In this document: piece after piece, positions 33,788-42,700 of the stretch
Position numbering within the stretch: the first letter of the stretch is position 1
How the letters are laid out: every line of letters starts with the position of its first letter
NCBI GenBank assembly: GCA_035292085.1
Contig: DATDQT010000132.1
Span: 1-52,707, forward strand
Direction: 5' to 3'
Source of the DNA: a bacterium
Lineage (GTDB): Bacteria > Sysuimicrobiota > Sysuimicrobiia > Sysuimicrobiales > Kaftiobacteriaceae
Length of the DNA: 52,707 nucleotides
Notes under the pieces: model-generated
What the model was told of the DNA's origin: nothing
What the model saw: the letters and a program-made list of their open reading frames with translations, nothing else
The model's database searches: none
Made by a program: the position numbers and the translations under genes

Positions 33788-34477
33788 TTAGTCCCGCGAG
33801 CTGCGCAGGAGGATGAGCCGGACGAGCTGGAGCACGGCCATCGCCGCCGCCGCGACGTACGTGAGGGCCGCGGCGTTGAGGACGGCGCGCACCCCCTGGG
33901 CTTCCTGGGGCAGCACCAGCCCCTGGCCGGTGAGCTGGGCGACGGCCCGGCTGCTGGCATTGAACTCCACCGGGAGGGTGATGATGGCGAAGGCGACATA
34001 CCCCAGAAAGATGAGAATGCCCAGGTCCATCAACCGTGGCGAGCTGGTGATCAGCCCGATGATGAACAGAATCCAGGCCGCGCTGGTGCCGAAGCTGGCG
34101 AGGGGGACGATGGCCGCGCGCAGGGCCAGCGCCGGATACCGCTGTTTGTCCTGCAGCGCGTGGCCGGCTTCGTGCGCGGCGACCCCGATCGCGGCGATGG
34201 AGTCGCTGCCGTACACTTCGGGGGACAGCCGCAGGACCTTCTGGCGCGGATCGTAGTGATCCGACAGCATCCCTTCAATCGGCTCGACCTTCACGTTGGT
34301 AATCCCGTTGCGGCGCAGGAGCTCGGCGGCGACCTGCGCGCCCGTGTAGCCGGTGCTGGAGCGGATCTCGGAGTAGCGGCGGAATGTCGATGACACTTTC
34401 CACTGCGCGTAAATCGCCAGGACAAGCGCCGGCAGGAGCACCACAAACGACACCGGGTCATAGAAGAAGAATGGCAT
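33788..34477 (-). CDS. zinc metallopeptidase, YugP/Zn_peptidase_2 family (membrane)
   Basis: ORF track 229 aa, with the HEAGHALQ zinc motif and N- and C-terminal TM helices. Confidence 0.85.
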   Translation of the reverse strand: MPFFFYDPVSFVVLLPALVLAIYAQWKVSSTFRRYSEIRSSTGYTGAQVAAELLRRNGITNVKVEPIEGMLSDHYDPRQKVLRLSPEVYGSDSIAAIGVAAHEAGHALQDKQRYPALALRAAIVPLASFGTSAAWILFIIGLITSSPRLMDLGILIFLGYVAFAIITLPVEFNASSRAVAQLTGQGLVLPQEAQGVRAVLNAAALTYVAAAAMAVLQLVRLILLRSSRD

Positions 34478-34484
34478 AGGCCAA

Positions 34485-35435
34485 TTATACCGCCCCCAGG
34501 ACTTCCCCGACTCGCAGCCGGGCTCCCCGCGCGTACTCGTCGGCGGTCATGCGCCGGCGGCCTTCCGGCTGCACTTCGCGCACCAGCAGTGCACCCTCCC
34601 CGGCCGCGACGGTGAACCCTGCACCGGGCCGCACGTCGACCACCGTCGCCGGTGCTCCGCCGGGGACCGCGGGAAGCGCCGTGCTCGCCCAGATCTTCAG
34701 CAGCCGGCCGCGGTGCGCGGAGTACGCGGACGGCCAGGGATCCATTGCCCGGATGAACCGCTCCAGCACCACGGCGGGCTTGGTCCAGTCGATTTCCCCG
34801 TCTGCCTTCGTGAGTTTTCCCACGTAGCTCGCAGCACTCTCATCCTGCGGGCGCCGCGGGGCGCGGCTTTCGGCGATCAGGGACAGCGCCTCGACCAGTG
34901 CCTCGGCCCCGATCCGGGCCAGGCGGTCTTCCAGCGCCCGCGCGGTGTCCGCGGGCTCAATACCCACCTCACGCTGGAGGATGATGTCGCCGGCGTCGAG
35001 GGCCTCAGATTGGTACATGATCGTCACGCCCGTGACTGTTTCGCCGGCTTCGATCGCGCGCGTGATCGGCGACGCCCCGCGGTATTTCGGCAGCAGCGAC
35101 GGGTGCAGGTTGATGCAGCCCCGCGGCGGCAGCTCGAGGATCTCCCGCGGGATCATCTTCCCGTAGGCCACGGTCACAATCACGTCCGGCGCGAGCTGTG
35201 TCAGCCGGCTGACAACGTCGGGGGCTTTCAACCGCGCGGGCTGCAGCACGGGGACCCGCAGCGCCGCCGCCGCCTCGGCGACCGGGGGCGCGGCGGGACG
35301 GCGCCCGCGTCCTTTGGGTTTCTCGGGCTGGGTGATGACGGCCAGCACGTCGGCGCGCTCAGCCACGGCCTGCAGCGCCGGTACGGCGAAGGTGGGAGTG
35401 CCAAGAAAGACGATCCGCAGGCGCGGGGTGGTCAT
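34485..35435 (-). CDS. fmt: methionyl-tRNA formyltransferase
   Basis: ORF track 316 aa, with RIVFLGTPTFAVPAL, NLHPSLLPKYRGASPI and a C-terminal OB-like domain. There is an ATGA overlap with def. Confidence 0.95.
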   Translation of the reverse strand: MTTPRLRIVFLGTPTFAVPALQAVAERADVLAVITQPEKPKGRGRRPAAPPVAEAAAALRVPVLQPARLKAPDVVSRLTQLAPDVIVTVAYGKMIPREILELPPRGCINLHPSLLPKYRGASPITRAIEAGETVTGVTIMYQSEALDAGDIILQREVGIEPADTARALEDRLARIGAEALVEALSLIAESRAPRRPQDESAASYVGKLTKADGEIDWTKPAVVLERFIRAMDPWPSAYSAHRGRLLKIWASTALPAVPGGAPATVVDVRPGAGFTVAAGEGALLVREVQPEGRRRMTADEYARGARLRVGEVLGAV

Positions 35436-35953
35436 TCGCCGGCCGGCGCCATCTCGACTTCGGCGCTTTCGGCGACCTCGCGGATCGTGGTCTTGTCCAC
35501 GACGCGGTCGAGGAACAGCACGCCGTCGAGGTGGTCGATCTCGTGCTGGAACACCCGGGCGAGCAGCCCCGATGCGCTGACGGTGATGCCCCGGCCGCGC
35601 CGGCTCTTCGCGCGGACGGTGACAATGGCGGATCGCGGCACGTCGGCGGCGATGCCGGGAATGGACAGACAGGCTTCGGTGGCGGTCGCCTGGCCTTCGC
35701 GGCGCACGATCTGCGGATCGATCAGCACGTACACCCGGTCCCCGACCTCGGCGACGAACACCCGCTTGCTGATCCCGACCTGCGGCGCGGCGAGCCCAAC
35801 GCCGTTGTACGCGTGCATGGCCTCGATCATCGCGTCGACGAAGCGCTGCACCTCAGCGCTCACCTTCCCCACGGGTTTCGCGCGCCTCCGCAGTACCGCG
35901 GCCTTCGGACCGTCAACGGTGATGAGTTCCACGCCCAGCAGTGTACCATTCAC
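35432..35953 (-). CDS. def: peptide deformylase
   Basis: ORF track 173 aa, with the GVGLAAPQVG, EACLSIPG and QHEIDHLDG motifs. Confidence 0.93.
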   Translation of the reverse strand: MNGTLLGVELITVDGPKAAVLRRRAKPVGKVSAEVQRFVDAMIEAMHAYNGVGLAAPQVGISKRVFVAEVGDRVYVLIDPQIVRREGQATATEACLSIPGIAADVPRSAIVTVRAKSRRGRGITVSASGLLARVFQHEIDHLDGVLFLDRVVDKTTIREVAESAEVEMAPAGE

Positions 35954-35968
35954 GGAAACGCGTTGTCG

Positions 35969-37966
35969 CTAAAGCAGATCCACCGGATCCACGTCGATGG
36001 TCACCTTCACCGTCCTCGGGATCGGCAGGGCGGCGAGCAACGCCGGCAGGGCGCGCCGCCCGGCGCCGTCGTCGCCGTCTTTGACCAGGACCTGCCATCG
36101 CGTTCGGCCGCGCCGCTTCGCCAGCGGCGCCGGCGAGGGACCGAGCACCTCGGCGGCGGCCTGCAGCCCGCCGGCCAGCGCGTCGGCCACCCCTCGGGCG
36201 TCGTCGGGCGCGGATCCGGTGACGATCAGATTGATGAGCGTGCGAAACGGAGGGTAGCCAAAGCGCTGCCGGCCGGCGAGCTCGCGGCGGTAGAAGAGAT
36301 CCTGGTCACCCCGCCGCAACGCGAGCATGACCGGATGCTGCGGCGAGAATGTCTGGATCACGGCTTCCTGCTGGGCCAGGTCGATCAGCTGGATCAGGGT
36401 CTGGAATGTGCGTTCGGCCGCGGTGAAATCGGGCAGATTCAGCGCCGCGTCGACGCCCAGCGCCCCGACGACATCCGAGGCCACCTGCCCCACTCCCTTG
36501 ATCAGCAGCTGCGTGCCGATCAGCAATCCGCCGCGCCGGGCGAACTGCTGCCAGACACGTGCCTGATCGGCCTCCTCCGGGGCGGCATCGGAATCCAGCC
36601 GCAGGATCGGCGCGCGTCTGAACAGTTTCCGGGCCGCGGCCTCCACGCGCTCCGTCCCGATCCCATGCGGGCGCAGGTTCGTTCCCCCGCACGAGGCGCA
36701 CACGCTGGGCGCCGGATCCTCGCGCCCGCAGAGATGACACCGCAGCCCCGCGCCGGATGGTGCGGGGTGGGGCGCTGAACGTGGCGCGGCCTGGCGGTCG
36801 GCCACGTGGTAGGTCATCGCCACGTCGCAGCGGGGGCAGCGCGGGACCGCCCCGCATTCGTGGCAGAGGAGGAAATCCGCGTAGCCGCGGCGGGGCACGA
36901 ACACCAGCGCGCGCCCGGCCGGAAGCGTGCGGGCCAGTGCCTGATAGAGCCGCCGGCCGAACAGTCCTCCCAGCGGACCCGCATCTGACCGGACGTCGGC
37001 GATGGCGACCGCGGCGGGAGCCAGCGGCGGAACGGAGACGCGGGTGATCCGGCCTTCGTCCACGTCGCGCATGAGATCCACCGACGGCGCGGGAGACCCC
37101 CACACGACCGCGGCGCCGGTCAACCGCGCACGCTGCGCGACGACCCGGCGCGCGAGATACCGCGGCATCCGCTCCTCCTTGTAGGACGTGTCTTCCTCGT
37201 GATCGACTACGATGGCGCCGAGCGCCTGCACCGGCGTGAACGCGGCCAGACGGGTCCCGACGACCGCGAGGGCGCCGCCCGACTGTGCGTGCCTCCAGGT
37301 GGCCCAGCGCACCGCCGGAGGCTGGGCGCCGTGCACCAGCGTCACAGGACGGTCCATCCTTGCGGCCAGCCACGGTGCCAGCCGCTCCGCCTGCGCGACC
37401 TCGGGAACCAGCACGATCACGCTCTGGCCGGCGGCGAGGACGTGCCGGACCACGGCGACGTAGGCGGCGAACCGTCCTCCTCCGCCGATGAGCGCCGCGG
37501 ATCTGCCCCCGGCCAGCGATGTCAGCACGCGTTCGACGGCCGCCGCTTGACTCTCGGTCGGCGAGCCTGCGGGATCATCGTGCACGCGCGGCGCGCTCAT
37601 GACCGCCGGCTCGGCCGGGACGGCGCGGCGGCTGCGCGGGCCGGGAATGCCCTCGAGCGGCGGCAGCATCGACGCGATCGCCTCTCCGACGGTGCACACG
37701 TAGAAGTCGGCGAGCCATTCCGCCAGCGCGAGCAAATCCGCCGGCAGGACGGGCAGCCGGTCGTCCACCCCGGTCAGCGGACGGACCTCGCGGTCCACCT
37801 GGTCGAGCAGGCGCACGATGTAGCCGGACGTGGCCCGGGGACCGAAACGGATGCGGACGGGCACGCCGGGAGCAATCCGCGGTTCGAGGGCGTCGGGAAC
37901 GGAAAACGTGAAGACGCGATCGCCGGCGCGCAGCGGCACGTTCACCGCGACGTCCGCGAACTTCAT
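35969..37966 (-). CDS. priA: primosomal protein N' (PriA) with degenerate helicase motifs I/II
   Basis: ORF 35969..38341 trimmed to ATG 37966 (MKFADVAVNVPLRAGDRVFTFSVPD...), 665 aa. It has the PriA 3'-DNA-binding/winged-helix N-terminus and a Cys-rich zinc region (CHECGAVPRCPRCD...CHLCG...CASCGG). Motif I reads LIGGGGRFAAYV and motif II reads VVDHEED. Confidence 0.88.
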   Translation of the reverse strand: MKFADVAVNVPLRAGDRVFTFSVPDALEPRIAPGVPVRIRFGPRATSGYIVRLLDQVDREVRPLTGVDDRLPVLPADLLALAEWLADFYVCTVGEAIASMLPPLEGIPGPRSRRAVPAEPAVMSAPRVHDDPAGSPTESQAAAVERVLTSLAGGRSAALIGGGGRFAAYVAVVRHVLAAGQSVIVLVPEVAQAERLAPWLAARMDRPVTLVHGAQPPAVRWATWRHAQSGGALAVVGTRLAAFTPVQALGAIVVDHEEDTSYKEERMPRYLARRVVAQRARLTGAAVVWGSPAPSVDLMRDVDEGRITRVSVPPLAPAAVAIADVRSDAGPLGGLFGRRLYQALARTLPAGRALVFVPRRGYADFLLCHECGAVPRCPRCDVAMTYHVADRQAAPRSAPHPAPSGAGLRCHLCGREDPAPSVCASCGGTNLRPHGIGTERVEAAARKLFRRAPILRLDSDAAPEEADQARVWQQFARRGGLLIGTQLLIKGVGQVASDVVGALGVDAALNLPDFTAAERTFQTLIQLIDLAQQEAVIQTFSPQHPVMLALRRGDQDLFYRRELAGRQRFGYPPFRTLINLIVTGSAPDDARGVADALAGGLQAAAEVLGPSPAPLAKRRGRTRWQVLVKDGDDGAGRRALPALLAALPIPRTVKVTIDVDPVDLL

Positions 37967-37974
37967 GGCAAGTC

Positions 37975-38544
37975 CTATGCCGTCCGTTCTTCGAGGATCC
38001 GGATGAGCTCTTCGAGAATGGCGTCGGGTTCGGCCATGCGCCCGATCGCCTCCTTGCCCGAGGCGAGCCAGCCCACGACCGGCCCGATGGTCCGGTACCC
38101 CCGGCTCCGCAGCGCGCGGAGGTGCTCCTGCACCGTCGGAGATTCGTACATGATGTCGCTCATCGCCGGTGCCAGCAGGACAGGAGCGCGCGTGGCCAGG
38201 GCGGTTGCCGTGATCACGTCGTCGGCCAGGCCGAGGGCCAGTTTCGCGATGGTATGCGCCGTCGCGGGGGCGATCACGTAAGCGTCGGCCCGCTCGCCCA
38301 GGTAGATGTGAGGCTCCTCCCAGGGATTCCCAGGATCCCACATGTCCGTGACCACGGGATGCTGCGAGAGCGTGCGCAGGGTCAGCGGTCCAATGAAGTG
38401 CGCCGCCGACGGGGTCATGAGCACGTAGACCTCCGCACCCGCCTTGCGCAGCGCACTGACCAACTGCGCGGACTTGTACGCGGCGATCCCACCCGTCACG
38501 CCCACGACGATGACCTTCGCGTTGAGCAGGCTCGCGTCAGGCAT
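37975..38544 (-). CDS. coaC: phosphopantothenoylcysteine decarboxylase (stand-alone CoaC flavoprotein domain)
   Basis: ORF 37975..38958 trimmed to ATG 38544 ([29 protein letters not shown]... PAMSDIMYE ... GRMAEP), 189 aa. No CoaB (synthetase) domain follows; priA starts 9 nt later. Confidence 0.88.
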   Translation of the reverse strand: MPDASLLNAKVIVVGVTGGIAAYKSAQLVSALRKAGAEVYVLMTPSAAHFIGPLTLRTLSQHPVVTDMWDPGNPWEEPHIYLGERADAYVIAPATAHTIAKLALGLADDVITATALATRAPVLLAPAMSDIMYESPTVQEHLRALRSRGYRTIGPVVGWLASGKEAIGRMAEPDAILEELIRILEERTA

Positions 38545-39133
38545 CGCCGTCCGATGTGCGTGTGCCCGCCGGCCGCCGGTCTGGATCCCGGACCCCGGAT
38601 CCCGGATCACGAGTCTGCACGGTCCGGACCAGCAGCACCAGCGCGTCGACGATGGCCTCGGCCGTCCAGCGCGTCGTGTCGATGACGAGGTCGTACGGGG
38701 ACAGGTCGTCGACATCGATGTTGTAGAGTTGCCGGTAGCGGGCCCATTCGCTGCGTTCGCGTTCCACGAGTTCGGCGAGGGCGGCGTCGGGCGGCTGCCC
38801 TTCCCGGCCGGCCACGCGCGCGGCGCGGACTTCGACCGGCGCCCGCAGCAGCACGCACAGGTCCGCGTCGACCATCCAGCCGGCCAGCCGGCTCTCGACG
38901 ACGCAGTCGCCGGCCGCGTGCGCGAGTTGCCGCTGCCGGCGGTCCAGGTCGTGATCAAACGCGGGGTCGCGCTCCGCGAGCTTGTTGACGTCGGTCACGG
39001 AAATGCCCCGCTCCCGCGCGATCTCGCGAAACATCTCGCCGCCGGAGATGTACCGGTAGCCCAGCCGCACGGAGAGCGTGCCGGCGACGGTGCTCTTGCC
39101 CACTCCGATCGGACCGGCCAGGGCGATGATCAG
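38537..39133 (-). CDS. archaeal-type (family 2) cytidylate-kinase-like P-loop NMP kinase
   Basis: The track ORF 38537..39103 begins at GTG, in the middle of the P-loop. The in-frame upstream codons give [44 protein letters not shown] start it at CTG 39133, which overlaps the remA TGA, with GAGGAGGA 6 nt upstream. Confidence 0.8.
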   Translation of the reverse strand: MIIALAGPIGVGKSTVAGTLSVRLGYRYISGGEMFREIARERGISVTDVNKLAERDPAFDHDLDRRQRQLAHAAGDCVVESRLAGWMVDADLCVLLRAPVEVRAARVAGREGQPPDAALAELVERERSEWARYRQLYNIDVDDLSPYDLVIDTTRWTAEAIVDALVLLVRTVQTRDPGSGVRDPDRRPAGTRTSDGDA

Positions 39134-39399
39134 AGGGTGTCCTCCTCGTCCTTGGCCGCGAACCGCTGCGCGACGGTCTCGGGCTGCACGGCGGACAGGA
39201 CAACATGGCCGCTGTCGGTGATGACGACCGCGCGCGTGCGCCGGCCGTAGGTCGCGTCGATGAGTGAGCCGCGCTCCCGGGCTTCCTGGATGATGCGCTT
39301 GATGGGCGCAGAATCGGGGGCCACGATCGCGATGACGCGGCCGGCGACGACGATGTTGCCGAACCCGACGTTGATCAACTTCGGTCCCGCGCTATTCAA
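39130..39399 (-). CDS. remA: extracellular matrix/biofilm regulator RemA (DUF370)
   Basis: ORF track 89 aa, TTG start. [70 protein letters not shown] closely resembles Bacillus RemA/YlzA. Confidence 0.9.
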   Translation of the reverse strand: MNSAGPKLINVGFGNIVVAGRVIAIVAPDSAPIKRIIQEARERGSLIDATYGRRTRAVVITDSGHVVLSAVQPETVAQRFAAKDEEDTL

Positions 39400-40273
39400 T
39401 GTTCTGGACCTGCTCGCGCAGGCTCTCCAGTTCGCCTTTGACGGCGATGATCGTGCGCGAGATCTCCATGTCGTTGGCCTTCGCCCCGATCGTGTTGGCC
39501 TCGCGCCCCATCTCCTGCAGCAGGAACTCCAGTTTCCGGCCCAGCGCGCCGTCGGTGGCGGCGAGGTCGAGGGCGAACTGCTCGGCGTGGCTGCGCAGCC
39601 GCGTCAGCTCCTCGGTGACGTCGCTGCGCTCGGCGAAGATGACGATCTCGGCGGCCAGGCGCTGTTCGTCCACGGGGACGTCGCCGAGCAGTTCGCCGAC
39701 GCGGGCCCTCAATCGCGCCGCATAGTCGCTGACGGCGGCCGGACTCCGCGCGGCGACGACCTCCGTCAGGTCCCGGATGCGGCCGAGCCGGGCCAGCAGG
39801 TCGGCGGCGAGCCGCCGCCCTTCCGCGTCACGCAGGGCCGTCAGCGCGTCGACGGCCGATTCCACCGCCGGCTGCAACTGCGGCCACAGGCGGTCGACTT
39901 CCTCTTTCGGCTCTTCGACCTTGATGACGTCCGGGAACGCCGCCACCTGGGCGAGGGTGATATCCCCGGACATGCCCAGCGCCCCCGCCACGTCCTTGAG
40001 GGCCTGGGCGTACGCGGCGGCGGCCTCGGTGTCCGGCCGGATGGTCCTGGCGCGCACACCGCGATCCTCGCGGACCACGCTGACTTCAACGCGGCCCCGC
40101 AGCACGCGGCCCTGCACGGCCGCACGGACCTGCTCCTCCAGGGGGGCGAGATCGCGCGGCAGGCGCACGACGATCTCACTGAACCGGTGGTTCACCGATC
40201 GAATCTCGACGGCAAACCGGCCGGCCGTCGTCGGCACGGACGCGCTGCCGAATCCCGTCATGCTGCGAACCAT
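39392..40273 (-). CDS. yicC: YicC family stress-induced protein
   Basis: ORF 39392..40315 trimmed to ATG 40273 ([13 protein letters not shown]...EIRSVNHRF... C-terminal [20 protein letters not shown]), 293 aa. Confidence 0.9.
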   Translation of the reverse strand: MVRSMTGFGSASVPTTAGRFAVEIRSVNHRFSEIVVRLPRDLAPLEEQVRAAVQGRVLRGRVEVSVVREDRGVRARTIRPDTEAAAAYAQALKDVAGALGMSGDITLAQVAAFPDVIKVEEPKEEVDRLWPQLQPAVESAVDALTALRDAEGRRLAADLLARLGRIRDLTEVVAARSPAAVSDYAARLRARVGELLGDVPVDEQRLAAEIVIFAERSDVTEELTRLRSHAEQFALDLAATDGALGRKLEFLLQEMGREANTIGAKANDMEISRTIIAVKGELESLREQVQNIE

Positions 40274-40333
40274 GACGACCCTTTCTCGCGCTGCGGAGGT
40301 GAGTCCTGTGCGCACACCTGTGTCCTCTACGCT

Positions 40334-40368
40334 CGCGGCTTTCGGTTTCCGGTTCCCGGTTTCCGTGT
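40334..40368. repeat. 5 x 7-nt tandem repeat (TCCGGTT family)
   Basis: The units are cgcggct ttcggtt tccggtt cccggtt tccgtgt, in the divergent yicC / rqcH intergenic region. It shares an exact 15-mer with the 27513 array. Confidence 0.75.
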
Positions 40369-40383
40369 TAGCGTGAATTCGGC

Positions 40384-42138
40384 ATGGAACGTCTTCTCTG
40401 GTCCTTCGACAGCGTCGTGCTGGCGGCCGTGGCCGCCGATGTAGAGCCGCTGGTCGGGTCGGCCGTCACGCGGGTGGCGCAGCCGGACCGGGACGAGATC
40501 GTGCTGACCCTGCGCGGGCGGGCGGGCCAAACACACGTCCTGTTCTCCATCCACCCCCGATGGGCGCGCGTGCATCTGGTGGAGTCGGCGCGATCCGGCA
40601 CCGCCGGATCGTTCTGTCAGCTGCTGCGCGCGAAGCTGGAAGGCGCCCGGCTGCGGCAGGTCGCGCAGCCGGCATTCGAGCGTACCCTGACCTTGTCGTT
40701 TGAGCATCTCGGCGAGGAGACCGCCCTCATCGCCGAGATCATGGGCCGCCATAGCAACTTGATCAGCGTCCGGGCCGGCACCATCCTCGGCGTGCTGAAA
40801 ACCGTCACGCCGCACATGTCGTCGGTGCGGCCGGTCACCGCGGGGAGCGAGTACCGCCCGCCGCTCCGCGACCGGCCGGTCCCCCAGGAACTCTCCGCAG
40901 CGACGCTGCAGGAACGACTGGCCGCCGCGGCCGGCCCGGCCGCTCGCCGCCTCGCCGAGGCCACGCTCGGCCTCAGTCCGCTGCTGGCGGCCGAACTGGT
41001 CGAGCGGGCCGGGCTGGATCCGGCCGCCGATCCCGTGTCTCCTACGCACGCCGCGGCGGCGCTGTGGCCTGTGCTGGCCACGCTGATCGAGACCGTCCGC
41101 GCACGCCGATTCTCACCCGTGGTATACCGGAGAGACAGCACGGCAGTCGGATTCGCGCCGTTTCCCTACACGCATCTCACCGGCCTCTCCATCGACCCCG
41201 TGCCCACGATGAGCAGCGCCGTGGCGGCAGTGGCGGACGTCGCGGCGGTTCGATCCGCGTTCGACGACGAACGCCGCGCGCTGCACGCCGCCATCACCGC
41301 CGCAATCGAAAAGGTCGCGCGCGCCGAAGCTAAGTTACAGACCGCTCAGGCGGAAGCCGCGCGTGCAGAGGAACTCCAGCAGTGGGGGGACCTGCTGTTT
41401 GCGTACGCGGCGCAGGTCCCGCCGGGTGCGGCCGAAGTCACGCTGCCCGGTTTCGACGGCGCCCCGGTTCGCATCTCCCTGGACCCCGCGGTGGGCGCCG
41501 CGGAGAACGCGCGGCGGTTGTTCAAACGGTTGACCCGCATCAAAGCCGCACAGCCGGAAGTCGCCCGGCGCCTCCGGGAGGCCGGCGACCGGCACGCGTA
41601 CCTTGAAAACGCGCTGGTTTTCGTCGACGCCGCGACCTCGTCCGACGATGTCCGGAGCGTGCGGGACGAACTCATTGAAGAAAGCATGCTCCCGGCCAGA
41701 CGCACGCCCCGTGGGACATCGCGGGCACAGTCGAGAGGCGGGGCCTTCCGCGCGCAGTCGAGCGGCCCGCGACAGTTCACCACGACCACAGGCCACCAGG
41801 TCCTGGTCGGCCGGACCAACCGCGAGAACGATGAGGTCACGTTCAAGTTGGCTCGCGCCGACGACCTGTGGTGTCACGCCCGCGGCATGCCCGGGGCCCA
41901 CGTCATCCTGCGCACTGGCGGGCGCAAGGCGCCTGAGGAGGCGATCGGAGAAGCGGCACAGATCGCCGCGTACTTCAGCCGCGGCCGCGGCGCCGCCAAG
42001 GTGCCCGTGAGTTACACACTGCGGAAGTACGTCAAGAAACCGCGGGGGGCCAGGCCGGGCCTGGTCACGATCTCACACGACCAGACTGTTGTGGTCGAAC
42101 CTACACTCCCTACCGTGGTTCCCCATTTCCGTCGGTAG
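40384..42138 (+). CDS. rqcH: NFACT-family ribosome quality control protein (FbpA/RqcH, Bacillus YloA-like)
   Basis: ORF track 584 aa. It has an NFACT-N domain ([35 protein letters not shown]), a coiled coil, and the NFACT-R motif ([18 protein letters not shown]...[14 protein letters not shown]). It is divergent from yicC, as in Bacillus. Confidence 0.9.
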   Translation: MERLLWSFDSVVLAAVAADVEPLVGSAVTRVAQPDRDEIVLTLRGRAGQTHVLFSIHPRWARVHLVESARSGTAGSFCQLLRAKLEGARLRQVAQPAFERTLTLSFEHLGEETALIAEIMGRHSNLISVRAGTILGVLKTVTPHMSSVRPVTAGSEYRPPLRDRPVPQELSAATLQERLAAAAGPAARRLAEATLGLSPLLAAELVERAGLDPAADPVSPTHAAAALWPVLATLIETVRARRFSPVVYRRDSTAVGFAPFPYTHLTGLSIDPVPTMSSAVAAVADVAAVRSAFDDERRALHAAITAAIEKVARAEAKLQTAQAEAARAEELQQWGDLLFAYAAQVPPGAAEVTLPGFDGAPVRISLDPAVGAAENARRLFKRLTRIKAAQPEVARRLREAGDRHAYLENALVFVDAATSSDDVRSVRDELIEESMLPARRTPRGTSRAQSRGGAFRAQSSGPRQFTTTTGHQVLVGRTNRENDEVTFKLARADDLWCHARGMPGAHVILRTGGRKAPEEAIGEAAQIAAYFSRGRGAAKVPVSYTLRKYVKKPRGARPGLVTISHDQTVVVEPTLPTVVPHFRR

Positions 42139-42700
42139 GCTCTTCGATCACAACTTCATCCACGCCGTCGGTCTCCATCAGCCGGACGGCAACGTGCTCG
42201 CGCGAGGACGTGGGTAGGTTCTTGCCGACGTAGTCCGGCCGCACCGGCAGTTCGCGATGCCCGCGGTCAATCAACACGGCGAGCTGGATCCGCGCCGGCC
42301 GGCCGACCTCGGTCAACGCGTCCAGGGCGGCGCGCACGGTCCGCCCTGTGAACAGGACGTCGTCGACGAGGATCAGGGTGTGCGTGCTCACATCGAATGG
42401 CAGCGCCGGGTGCGCCTCACCCGCGGCCTGCCCTGCATCCGAACGGAGGGAGTGGTGCAGGGCGCGATCGTCGCGGTGCGGGGTGACATCGAGCGCGGCG
42501 ACAGGGACGGCCGCGCCTTCGATCGCCCCCATGGCGTCGGCGAGGCGGCGGGCCAGCGGCACGCCGCGGGTCTGGATCCCGACCACCGCGAGGGTCTGCA
42601 CGCTCCGGTTGCGCTCCAGGACTTCATGGGCCATGCGGGCCAGCGCGCGGCGCATCGCATCGGCATCCATCACCTTGGCCTTCTCCCGCATCGGTGTCAT
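42110..42700 (-). CDS. pyrR: bifunctional pyrimidine operon regulator / uracil phosphoribosyltransferase PyrR
   Basis: ORF track 196 aa, with the [22 protein letters not shown] motif and an N-terminus [20 protein letters not shown]. There is an ATGA overlap with rluD. Its 3' end overlaps the convergent rqcH by 29 nt. Confidence 0.92.
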   Translation of the reverse strand: MTPMREKAKVMDADAMRRALARMAHEVLERNRSVQTLAVVGIQTRGVPLARRLADAMGAIEGAAVPVAALDVTPHRDDRALHHSLRSDAGQAAGEAHPALPFDVSTHTLILVDDVLFTGRTVRAALDALTEVGRPARIQLAVLIDRGHRELPVRPDYVGKNLPTSSREHVAVRLMETDGVDEVVIEEPTDGNGEPR

